64,000 nucleotides of DNA, taken from positions 5,557 to 69,556 of the forward strand of contig DAOLHK010000002.1 of the NCBI GenBank assembly GCA_035329105.1, given 5' to 3'. This document shows, piece after piece, positions 20,580 through 28,058 of the stretch (position 1 is the stretch's first letter; each line of letters opens with the position of its first letter). This stretch comes from Candidatus Saccharimonadota bacterium. GTDB taxonomy: Bacteria > Patescibacteriota > Saccharimonadia > CAILAD01 > BJGX01. The translations under genes were made by a program, and so were the position numbers. Below the pieces are notes generated by a model, which worked only from the letters and a program-made list of their open reading frames with translations, was not told the origin of the DNA and made no database searches.

Positions 20580-20636
20580 GCCCCGGACTACAGCGATGTG
20601 CGGCGCTGTAGTCCGGGGCAGTGCCCGCAAGGGAAC
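20580..20636. repeat. GC-rich inverted repeat (perfect 16-bp stem) plus a small GCAA hairpin
   Basis: GCCCCGGACTACAGCG (20580-20595) / CGCTGTAGTCCGGGGC (20604-20619); CCC-gcaa-GGG follows. Confidence 0.85.
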
Positions 20637-20694
20637 TTGATAGATAAAAGTCTTGGGATCGCCTCAACTCTTATCTAGCTTCTTTGTCTACACC

Positions 20695-20859
20695 TCAGGC
20701 GTAAGGGATGGCGCCGTCGGGATGAGACGAAGAGGGGTAAGTCGAAGGGACCGGCTTGTCACCACCAACCTTCGAGGTGACAGTGCCTGCTTGATCAATC
20801 ATCACCGTGATGACTGGCTCGGCATCCGGGTAGACATCTTTTACTTGGTCTTGGGCCAT
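20695..20859 (-). CDS. Small orphan protein (54 aa, MAQDQVKDVYPDAEP...)
   Basis: AGGAGG SD 4 nt before ATG 20859; C/G-ending codons; alternative ATG at 20907. Confidence 0.55.
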   Translation of the reverse strand: MAQDQVKDVYPDAEPVITVMIDQAGTVTSKVGGDKPVPSTYPSSSHPDGAIPYA

Positions 20860-20950
20860 GGTGCCTCCTGCTTGGTTCCGGATGTTGTGGTACGGATTGT
20901 TCCCCATTTCGGCCTTATACTCTTGTAGGAGTTCAAGACCGATTTCGGAC

Positions 20951-20981
20951 AACAAAAAACCGCCGATTGATTTCGACGGTT
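20951..20981 (-). terminator. Attenuator-type intrinsic terminator
   Basis: Minus strand AACCGTCGA-aatcaa-TCGGCGGTT then TTTTGTT. Confidence 0.75.
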
Positions 20982-21003
20982 GAGTTTACGTATATTGGTT
21001 ATT

Positions 21004-21072
21004 TTAACGTAGCGAAATCCCAACCGTCTTCGGCAATAGTAGTACGAGCAGGTTGAGGATGTTTCGTTTCAT
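21004..21072 (-). CDS. Putative Leu-rich attenuator leader peptide (22 aa) MKRNILNLLVLLLPKTVGISLR
   Basis: ATG 6 nt after the -10 box; 7 Leu codons; GACGGTTGGG can pair with the terminator's left arm. Confidence 0.65.
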   Translation of the reverse strand: MKRNILNLLVLLLPKTVGISLR

Positions 21073-21078
21073 AGTGTT

Positions 21079-21107
21079 AATCTACACTTGTTGTATATAC
21101 TTGTCAA
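21079..21107 (-). promoter_or_regulatory. Sigma70-type promoter
   Basis: TTGACA (21107-21102), 17 nt, TAGATT (21084-21079). Confidence 0.75.
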
Positions 21108-21108
21108 A

Positions 21109-22056
21109 TTATTTCCATTGCCAGTGATCTAAAATAGTATCTGTTGTGGTTTTTACATATCTACCGTTTTCATTTCTATTACCATATCCAGATACTATCA
21201 ACTCAAAACCATTTACCTGCACTCCATTTATTACATAAGGGTTATCTATGTATATATGCAACACTTTTGATGTCTCGGGAAAGCTCGGATTCCTGCGAAC
21301 TAAGAATATTGCTTGCTTGCCACCTAAGCTGAAATTGGGGTTATTGGTGACTATTTGCTCTCCTAATTGTTGGCTGCTCGCAATCTGATTATTTGCAACA
21401 TCTTGAGCCGTTACATTAAATCTAGAACCCAAGACCAGTGGATTGATAGACATTGATCCAACCCCAGAAGATCCTACATTGTTTGCTGATTCTTCATAAG
21501 TTTTTCTTTGGAGACAATTATTCGGTGCGCCACCTACTTGGAAAACACTTGGTGTAGTCTGTACGCCCCTTGGGAAGAAAGTCTTGAAGCATTCAGATTC
21601 TACTTTGACGAATCCACTAGGTCTGTTATTGGGAGGATTGTTTGGTTGCTGTCCTGTGGGTAGATCCGTGGGATCATCTGGTGGCAAAGGGACGTCAGTT
21701 GAACTATTGCCTTTCAAACATATCCATTGAGTACCTGCAGCTTGTTTTCTAGTAGATTCTTTTTTGAGTATCCATTCCTTGCCGGTAGATGCACAAGCAG
21801 GCCTATTGGTGTCTCTTACCAATGCCTTTAGAGGTGCTCTCTGAGTGCCTTCGACTCGAGTGGCAAAACAATTGCCTTGATTACAATACAGTGTTTTCTC
21901 TACAGGCTGGTCACCTACGGCAGCATTGCTATAGAGCACTACTCCGATTCCTATCAGTGCTATCAGGGCTACTCCCAGAGCTATCTTACGCTTAGTGAAG
22001 AAACTACTTTTCTTATTTAGACTAGATTTGCTTTTTGAGGTTCGTTTTTTGGCCAT
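21109..22056 (-). CDS. Hypothetical membrane-anchored/secreted protein
   Basis: Basic N-terminus plus TM ending YSNAA; Cys-containing domain, P/N-rich linker, PsbP-like C-terminal region. Confidence 0.7.
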   Translation of the reverse strand: MAKKRTSKSKSSLNKKSSFFTKRKIALGVALIALIGIGVVLYSNAAVGDQPVEKTLYCNQGNCFATRVEGTQRAPLKALVRDTNRPACASTGKEWILKKESTRKQAAGTQWICLKGNSSTDVPLPPDDPTDLPTGQQPNNPPNNRPSGFVKVESECFKTFFPRGVQTTPSVFQVGGAPNNCLQRKTYEESANNVGSSGVGSMSINPLVLGSRFNVTAQDVANNQIASSQQLGEQIVTNNPNFSLGGKQAIFLVRRNPSFPETSKVLHIYIDNPYVINGVQVNGFELIVSGYGNRNENGRYVKTTTDTILDHWQWK

Positions 22057-22124
22057 GAATTTTGTAGTACTCTATGATTAGTAATTTGTTTTTATAATAA
22101 TACTTAAGCTTTGATGAGTCAAAT

Positions 22125-22160
22125 AAAATAAACCCGATAACTATATTGCTATCGGGCTTC
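22125..22160 (-). terminator. Intrinsic terminator
   Basis: Minus strand AGCCCGATAGC-aatata-GTTATCGGGTT then TATTTT. Confidence 0.7.
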
Positions 22161-22340
22161 TTAGTCGGACTCATACTGCTCATCAGGCCTAAAGATCATG
22201 GCGTGCTTGGCTCTAGTTAATTCATCTCGAGATAGTGGCTTTCCATCTGATGATTCTGGTCTCAATCTCAGGCGATTGAGCTGCAAGAAAAAAGCAAATG
22301 CCGATGGATGACCGGTACTGGGGCGCGGTGCATCACTCAT
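22161..22340 (-). CDS. Small orphan protein (59 aa, MSDAPRPSTGHPSAFAFFLQLNRLRLRP...EQYESD), not in the ORF track
   Basis: ATGA overlap with the upstream ORF stop; ends immediately before a terminator. Confidence 0.6.
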   Translation of the reverse strand: MSDAPRPSTGHPSAFAFFLQLNRLRLRPESSDGKPLSRDELTRAKHAMIFRPDEQYESD

Positions 22341-22621
22341 GATTTACTATCTCCCTCTGGTCGCATTCGGATAGTTACATCCAATCTCACTGTCTGGGTG
22401 CTCTGCTCTACATCTTTTGGTTCTTCTTCAGAAGCCCATTTCCTTGCTAGTTCTGCCAGCGACTCAGCAGCTTCTGCGAAAGCCAAAAGCTCTGCGCGCT
22501 TGTCTGGGTCCTTTGGTAGCCCTACGACTACTTGATATTGCCCAGACACTGATCCAGGATCGGTTCCGTTTGCTGCTACGCAACGGCTGGGGTTATCGGG
22601 AGTCGGTGTTTTCTTCACCAT
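22337..22621 (-). CDS. Small orphan protein (94 aa)
   Basis: AGGA SD before ATG 22621; first gene after the attenuator terminator. Confidence 0.6.
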   Translation of the reverse strand: MVKKTPTPDNPSRCVAANGTDPGSVSGQYQVVVGLPKDPDKRAELLAFAEAAESLAELARKWASEEEPKDVEQSTQTVRLDVTIRMRPEGDSKS

Positions 22622-22702
22622 GATGTTGTCCTGTCTTGTTTTGTCCAAGGTGCGATTGTTTGACTTTTCGATCCACTATACTAGTCAATGGATCGATTTA
22701 GT

Positions 22703-22735
22703 AAAACAAAAAACTGCCGATTGTGCGGCAGTTTT
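22703..22735 (-). terminator. Attenuator-type intrinsic terminator
   Basis: Minus strand AAAACTGCCG-cacaat-CGGCAGTTTT then TTGTTTT. Confidence 0.78.
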
Positions 22736-22758
22736 ATTATATTATCTATAGACTAAAT

Positions 22759-22815
22759 CTACCGCGTAATACCTCGGTCTATAATGATAATGTTGTTATG
22801 AGCTGATAAGTTCAT
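22759..22815 (-). CDS. Putative Ile-rich attenuator leader peptide (18 aa) MNLSAHNNIIIIDRGITR
   Basis: ATG 7 nt after the -10 box; ATT ATC ATT ATA run; GCGGTAG at the stop can pair with terminator arm CTGCCGC. Confidence 0.65.
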   Translation of the reverse strand: MNLSAHNNIIIIDRGITR

Positions 22816-22822
22816 AGGCAAT

Positions 22823-22851
22823 AGTATGGCAAATCGATAGTAATTTGTCAA
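22823..22851 (-). promoter_or_regulatory. Sigma70-type promoter
   Basis: TTGACA (22851-22846), 17 nt, CATACT (22828-22823). Confidence 0.7.
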
Positions 22852-23522
22852 TCTGCTTGTTGTGTGGGCAATGCAAATATGGCGGTGTTGTTGAAGAATC
22901 GAAAGAATTTTTCGATTTCTATTTTATTTTGACGTGAATTCTGCTCATTACTGAGCATTGGATCACTAATGTAAAAATACTCTCCGCTTTGATCTTTGAT
23001 ATAGCCATTGACTACTACTTGGTGAAAGTCACCATCTGATTTGAATCCAGTTCTCACACTTGCTATTACCGCTGATTTTTTGCGAAATATCTCTATAAAA
23101 TCCCGAATAACTAAATCGATCTTATTGGTGCTATTCTTTTCAAATTCCAGTTGCGCATTGAACTGTTCGATCTGAACTTTGTCATATCCTTCATTGTCTT
23201 CTAACCACTTCACATCATTCTGTGTAAGATTCCAATTCCTGCGCCAGCTAATATAGCCTAGAAGTTTGAGATACTCGACTTGCTTACTGTGTATCCAATT
23301 GCCACTTTCGTTTTGACCATTTCTTGCAAGTAACCAGTCTCTTATCTCTGATAACTTGATGGTATTATCACTTTTGGGTGGCAAGTAATCTATCAACATC
23401 TTCATACAAGCAATTGCGCAAATTTCCTTACCTATCTTGAGTGGCAATTCGTTTTCTGGGTCGAGCTGCCAGACATGATTGATATCGATGTATAAATCTA
23501 TGTTGTTTTCTTGACTGCTCAT
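22848..23522 (-). CDS. C39-like (papain-fold) peptidase family protein
   Basis: CAIACMKM, H.VV..GY, DP catalytic arrangement; ATGA overlap with murF. Confidence 0.65.
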   Translation of the reverse strand: MSSQENNIDLYIDINHVWQLDPENELPLKIGKEICAIACMKMLIDYLPPKSDNTIKLSEIRDWLLARNGQNESGNWIHSKQVEYLKLLGYISWRRNWNLTQNDVKWLEDNEGYDKVQIEQFNAQLEFEKNSTNKIDLVIRDFIEIFRKKSAVIASVRTGFKSDGDFHQVVVNGYIKDQSGEYFYISDPMLSNEQNSRQNKIEIEKFFRFFNNTAIFALPTQQAD

Positions 23523-24790
23523 TGGGCAAATGACTTCTTCTTGCGTTTCTTCCAGACTTTGGATTGTCTTACTAAGCAGTCTGCTGGATTCTTCTTGGGA
23601 TCCAGCAATATTCTAGACGCTTCTTCGGTAAATACACCGGCTTGACTACCTTTGACAAGCACCACATCACCTTTTTTAATTATATTTTTGACATAATGTC
23701 CGGCTTCATACGGAGTCCTAAATACCTTGATCTTATCGGAGTCTAGACCAGCCCTTTGTGCAGCAGGTGCCAATATATCACCAGCCGACTTGCCAACAGT
23801 CACCAAGAGATCTACGACTTTTGCGGCTGCTTCACCTACTTCTTGGTGGCCAGAGTCCGTATGACTACCCAGTTCGTTCATACTCCCGAGTATAGCGATC
23901 TTGGTGTCTGAGAAACTCTTGAGCGTTTTGAGTGCAGCGATCACTGCATCAGGGCTAGAGTTGTAACTATCATCTATTATCTTGCCTCCATTGATGGCTG
24001 GGAGTAGATTCATACGACCTGCTACGGTCTCTACTTGAGACAATTCAAAACATATAGCGCCAAAAGGTATATCTAGCTCACGCGCTACAGCCGCAGCCGC
24101 AAGAAGTGCATATAGATTTTGTTCACCAATCATTTTGGTGTGTACTATCCTTTTGTGTTTGCCAATGTGTAGCTCGGCCTTCAGATGTGAATTACTTGTT
24201 CTAGAAATTTTGCTAAATTTAACCTGACCATGCTTGAGACCAAATCCTATAGTATCATTCCTGTAGGCCTTCTTACGCAAAAGTTCGTTATCAGCATTGT
24301 ATATGATCTTCTTGGCACCAGAGGCTATCACCCAATTGTCATGTACTACTGTCTTGATATCTTTGAGCCTTTCCATATGCACTGGTGCGATAGCTGATAC
24401 TACACTAATATCAGGCTCAATGATTTGTAGTACTTTGCGCATCATCATCAGTTCATCATCGGCCATTTCAAGTACTACAGTATCATACTTGTAGTCTGCC
24501 AGTTCTTGATCGATTTCTTTAAATATCTTCTGCCAAGAGCGTGGATCCCACAACTTACTAGGCACCTTCTGTCCAAAAATACTCAGTGGTATTCCTATAT
24601 CGGTATTGTAACTATCTTGGCTATACCGTACTTTTCGGGTAGAATCGAGTACTTTGCCTATAGCATGCTTGGTAGTGGTCTTACCAATGCTACCGGTGAC
24701 AGTCACGATAGTAATATCATGTGTATCAAGCAGATTGCGAAGCTTAGAGTTGAGTCTAGAAACTATTACTTTTTTGGCTAAGTTTTTCAT
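23519..24790 (-). CDS. murF: UDP-N-acetylmuramoyl-tripeptide--D-Ala-D-Ala ligase
   Basis: VTGSIGKTTTK, IDDSYNSSP, LGSMNELG, LVKGS. Confidence 0.85.
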   Translation of the reverse strand: MKNLAKKVIVSRLNSKLRNLLDTHDITIVTVTGSIGKTTTKHAIGKVLDSTRKVRYSQDSYNTDIGIPLSIFGQKVPSKLWDPRSWQKIFKEIDQELADYKYDTVVLEMADDELMMMRKVLQIIEPDISVVSAIAPVHMERLKDIKTVVHDNWVIASGAKKIIYNADNELLRKKAYRNDTIGFGLKHGQVKFSKISRTSNSHLKAELHIGKHKRIVHTKMIGEQNLYALLAAAAVARELDIPFGAICFELSQVETVAGRMNLLPAINGGKIIDDSYNSSPDAVIAALKTLKSFSDTKIAILGSMNELGSHTDSGHQEVGEAAAKVVDLLVTVGKSAGDILAPAAQRAGLDSDKIKVFRTPYEAGHYVKNIIKKGDVVLVKGSQAGVFTEEASRILLDPKKNPADCLVRQSKVWKKRKKKSFAQ

Positions 24791-24823
24791 AGTATATAGT
24801 CTAGCAGAAATACTTAGACAATT

Positions 24824-25279
24824 TTACTTTTTTGATTTAGTACTAGCTGATTTTTCAGCTTTTTCTTCTTTTTTGGCTTCAACTTCAGCTTCTTTCTCGC
24901 GCTTCTTCTTGTCAATGTCTATCCGATCTAGCCGCAAGAATTTAAATCCAAAGTACACTACCGCAGCTATTACGAAGAAATCTATAAGTGCTGATACGAA
25001 ATTACCCCATGAAATAGTGGCCGTACCGAGCTTGAAAGTTGCTGTAGTGAGATTGACCTTGCCTAGGAGTAGGCCCAGTATGGGGTTGATGACATCCACT
25101 ACAAAGGAGTTGACTAGCTTAGTGACCGCACCACCAATGATAAAACCAACGGCTAGAGTAACTACTCCTTGTTCGCGAATAAAGTCCAAAAATCCGCTAG
25201 TCTGTTTGCTGGCAGTTTCTCTAGCTTTTTGGGCGGCAGTTTTGCTTGTTTTGGCTATTTTATCCATTTTTTCTTTCAT
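24824..25279 (-). CDS. mscL: Large-conductance mechanosensitive channel
   Basis: F..FI....V..LAVG.IIGGA...LV.S.V.D.INP, G.F...LI.F. Confidence 0.85.
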   Translation of the reverse strand: MKEKMDKIAKTSKTAAQKARETASKQTSGFLDFIREQGVVTLAVGFIIGGAVTKLVNSFVVDVINPILGLLLGKVNLTTATFKLGTATISWGNFVSALIDFFVIAAVVYFGFKFLRLDRIDIDKKKREKEAEVEAKKEEKAEKSASTKSKK

Positions 25280-25382
25280 CTGGTTAGTAAACGTACATTT
25301 ACCACCTGCGTGACCTTATTTATCAGATTGAATTATACCACATTTGCTGTTAAAATAAAGCAGTTAATCCTTATATCAGTAG

Positions 25383-25459
<77 letters not shown>

Positions 25460-25514
25460 GAATGTCTACAAAATACTCCTTCACGGGAGTCTTTTTGTTT
25501 GGTATAATTACCGG

Positions 25515-25919
25515 ATGAAAATTTTTTGTGCATATGCCTTCACGGGAGAAAATCTAGATATTGTTACAGATAGGATGAAGATGGTAGTTGATACGCTCGA
25601 CTCCAATGGTCACGAGGCTTATTGTAATCGATTTGACCCTGTTGTAGAGGAAATACAAAAAACAGATGATATTAATGCAATATTCAAAAGGGCATTTGAA
25701 GTCCTAGAGCAAAACGAAGCACTTGTTGCAATAGTATCGTCACCAAATAAAAGCGTAGGACAGATTATGGAGATTGGTGTGGCAATGAGTCAGGGTAAAC
25801 CCGTTTATTTATTTGAACATGTAACTGCAAAAGGCTCTACTTATTTGCCAAAACTATCAACAAAAAATTTTGTATGGAAGACTGAAGAAGATCTAGAGAA
25901 AGTGCTTAAAAAAATATAG
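25515..25919 (+). CDS. Nucleoside 2-deoxyribosyltransferase-like protein
   Basis: MKIF.AY.FTG, S.G...EIG.A...GKPVY. Confidence 0.65.
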   Translation: MKIFCAYAFTGENLDIVTDRMKMVVDTLDSNGHEAYCNRFDPVVEEIQKTDDINAIFKRAFEVLEQNEALVAIVSSPNKSVGQIMEIGVAMSQGKPVYLFEHVTAKGSTYLPKLSTKNFVWKTEEDLEKVLKKI

Positions 25920-25921
25920 TA

Positions 25922-26128
25922 CTAGAATAATCCAACAATAAAATTAAATAAGTACGTGACGGCTATAATAACTACCGTGCCGGCCAAAAATCCTATAAAT
26001 ATACCGAGACCCAGCCGAAATCCGTCTCTATAAGTATAGTGAGCGGCTTTGGTAATATCGCTGGAGCTAATCTCTTTTTTGAAAAAGTCGTCATCCCTAC
26101 TAGACCTGCTTGAACTATCTGGCTTCAT
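25922..26128 (-). CDS. Small membrane protein
   Basis: Single C-terminal TM (GFRLGLGIFIG); TACAAT 7 nt upstream of ATG 26128. Confidence 0.6.
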   Translation of the reverse strand: MKPDSSSRSSRDDDFFKKEISSSDITKAAHYTYRDGFRLGLGIFIGFLAGTVVIIAVTYLFNFIVGLF

Positions 26129-26144
26129 AAGCACTATTGTAGCA

Positions 26145-26705
26145 CTATTGAGATACTTTTGCAGATGATAACACTACGTGCTTGTTGCTACGAGATACTA
26201 TCTTGTAGTCTCCAAATATCTTGTTGAGCTGCTTAGATACCCATGGCTTGAGCCTAGCCTCTACCACTATCAATATAACTCCATCTTTTTGGAGCTTATC
26301 AAAACTCTGAGCTATCATGTCCTCTACGACCTCTCGACCTCTGTGAGTAGGTGGATTGGACACTATTAGATCAAACTGAGTATTCTTGTCGATTTGATCA
26401 AATCCGTGACTTATCACTACTCTAAGATTGTCTGTGCCATTTAGCTTGGCATTGGCAGTTGTGGTGCTGGTGGCTGCTATATCTGAGTCTATAGCCAGCA
26501 CATCTGAGTCGGGTTGATTCTTTGCTAAATATATTGCAAGTGACCCCCATCCGCAGCCCCAATCCAATGCCCTATGATAATCAGGCTTGATGTCTCGAAC
26601 TGTATCAATAAGCAATCTAGTTCCATTATCGAGCTTCTTGGGTGAAAAAAGATCAGGCAGAGTCTCGAATTTGAGCTCTAATCCATTGATATTTTCTACT
26701 ACCAT
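26145..26705 (-). CDS. Small class I SAM methyltransferase (RsmC-like)
   Basis: FS...LD.GT.LL, LDWGCGWG, SNPP. Confidence 0.85.
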   Translation of the reverse strand: MVVENINGLELKFETLPDLFSPKKLDNGTRLLIDTVRDIKPDYHRALDWGCGWGSLAIYLAKNQPDSDVLAIDSDIAATSTTTANAKLNGTDNLRVVISHGFDQIDKNTQFDLIVSNPPTHRGREVVEDMIAQSFDKLQKDGVILIVVEARLKPWVSKQLNKIFGDYKIVSRSNKHVVLSSAKVSQ

Positions 26706-27967
26706 GTCAGTTCCTTACCAGCTATCTTGATTTTGTCACCTCTTTCTGCACCTTTTGCGCCAAGCTCTTTAAATACACCTTTCTTCTTCAGGATGTCTTT
26801 GAGCCGCCTAACTCCGTCTGGTTGTTCTAAGTTGGTCTTGCGAGCAAATCTCTCGATGTCTTCACCAACCACCAGATAATACCCGGTCTTTTTCTCTACC
26901 TCAAAGCCTATCTCATCACCAATAGTTATGACTTTGAGTTCGTCTTTGACTATACTTGTTTGCTTGGCCGATTGTTTCTGGGCTTTTTGAAGCATCTTGT
27001 TGGTGTCTTGCATGAGTGTCTGCAAGCCCATAGTAGTAACTGATGAGATAGTATGTATCTTATCTGGTGAAACACTTATATGATTAGCTAATGTTTCACG
27101 AATAGTGTGCAATTTGGACTCTTCAACAGTCTCAGATTTGGTCAAAACTACTATAAATGGCCTGTCACTTAGATCCACGGAGTAGCTGTGCAACTCGGCT
27201 CTGATGGTTTCATAGTCTTTGACTATATCTGTAGAATTGACATCTATAAGCTGCAAAAGCACGTTGCAGCGTTCTACATGACGCAAGAAGTCTACTCCTA
27301 GACCCTTACCCTTACTAGCTCCCTCTATAAGACCTGGGATGTCAGCTATCAGAAAGCTCTCATCGTGCACATCTACTACACCTAGATTGGGCGAAAGAGT
27401 AGTAAAAGCATAGTCGGCTATATCTGGCTTGGCATTACTGACCATAGAGAGCAATGTGCTCTTACCAGCATTAGGTAGTCCTACTAGTCCTACGTCTGCT
27501 ATTAACTTGAGCTCCAAGGTGATTTCCTTGGATTCGCCATCTTCACCTAGCTCGGCCATCTTGGGAGCTTGTCTGATAGAGCTCTTGAAGTGGGCATTAC
27601 CAAATCCACCACTTCCACCGCGGGCCAGTATCTCTTCCTGGCCTTCCTCGGTAAGATCAGCAATCTGTACGCCATCTTCAGATATAACAGTACCGTTTGG
27701 CACTGTTAGCACAGTGTCTTGGCCGTTCTTACCATGACGCTGGTTGGTACCACCAGGCATACCATCTTCGGCAGTCCAAAGTCTATTGATGCGATAATTA
27801 CTGAGAGTATTGGTATTGTGACTAACTCTGAATATGATATTGCCACCGTGACCACCGTCACCACCGTCTGGGCCACCTTTGGGGTTGCCGCGACTGCTAC
27901 GAAAGCTCACTCGTCCATCGCCACCTTTACCGGCTTGTAATTTGACTGTTGCTACATCTGTAAACAT
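26699..27967 (-). CDS. obgE: GTPase Obg/CgtA
   Basis: Gly-rich Obg fold, GLPNAGKST, YAFTTL.P, DIPGLIEGA, OCT C-terminus. Confidence 0.96.
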   Translation of the reverse strand: MFTDVATVKLQAGKGGDGRVSFRSSRGNPKGGPDGGDGGHGGNIIFRVSHNTNTLSNYRINRLWTAEDGMPGGTNQRHGKNGQDTVLTVPNGTVISEDGVQIADLTEEGQEEILARGGSGGFGNAHFKSSIRQAPKMAELGEDGESKEITLELKLIADVGLVGLPNAGKSTLLSMVSNAKPDIADYAFTTLSPNLGVVDVHDESFLIADIPGLIEGASKGKGLGVDFLRHVERCNVLLQLIDVNSTDIVKDYETIRAELHSYSVDLSDRPFIVVLTKSETVEESKLHTIRETLANHISVSPDKIHTISSVTTMGLQTLMQDTNKMLQKAQKQSAKQTSIVKDELKVITIGDEIGFEVEKKTGYYLVVGEDIERFARKTNLEQPDGVRRLKDILKKKGVFKELGAKGAERGDKIKIAGKELTW

Positions 27968-28010
27968 CACTAGATTATACAATACATAGGTGTTTTTGTC
28001 TATAATACCA

Positions 28011-28042
28011 AAAATCCCGGCTGTTTTAGCCGGGATTGTTTT
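28011..28042. terminator. Intrinsic terminator (after the LysM/CHAP gene)
   Basis: AATCCCGGCT-gtttt-AGCCGGGATT flanked by A and T runs. Confidence 0.75.
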
Positions 28043-28058
28043 ATGTTTGTTTTACAAA

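Noticed and set aside
20526-20700. T-box riboswitch upstream of leuS
   Set aside because: No AGGTGGNACC T-box motif on the - strand; leuS has a leaderless-type promoter.
20841-21023. 60-aa minus-strand ORF crossing the attenuator
   Set aside because: TTG start with no SD, and it runs through the terminator; the 22-aa uORF fits the promoter geometry better.
24654-25313. 219-aa + strand ORF
   Set aside because: Antisense to mscL and murF, with no recognisable motifs.
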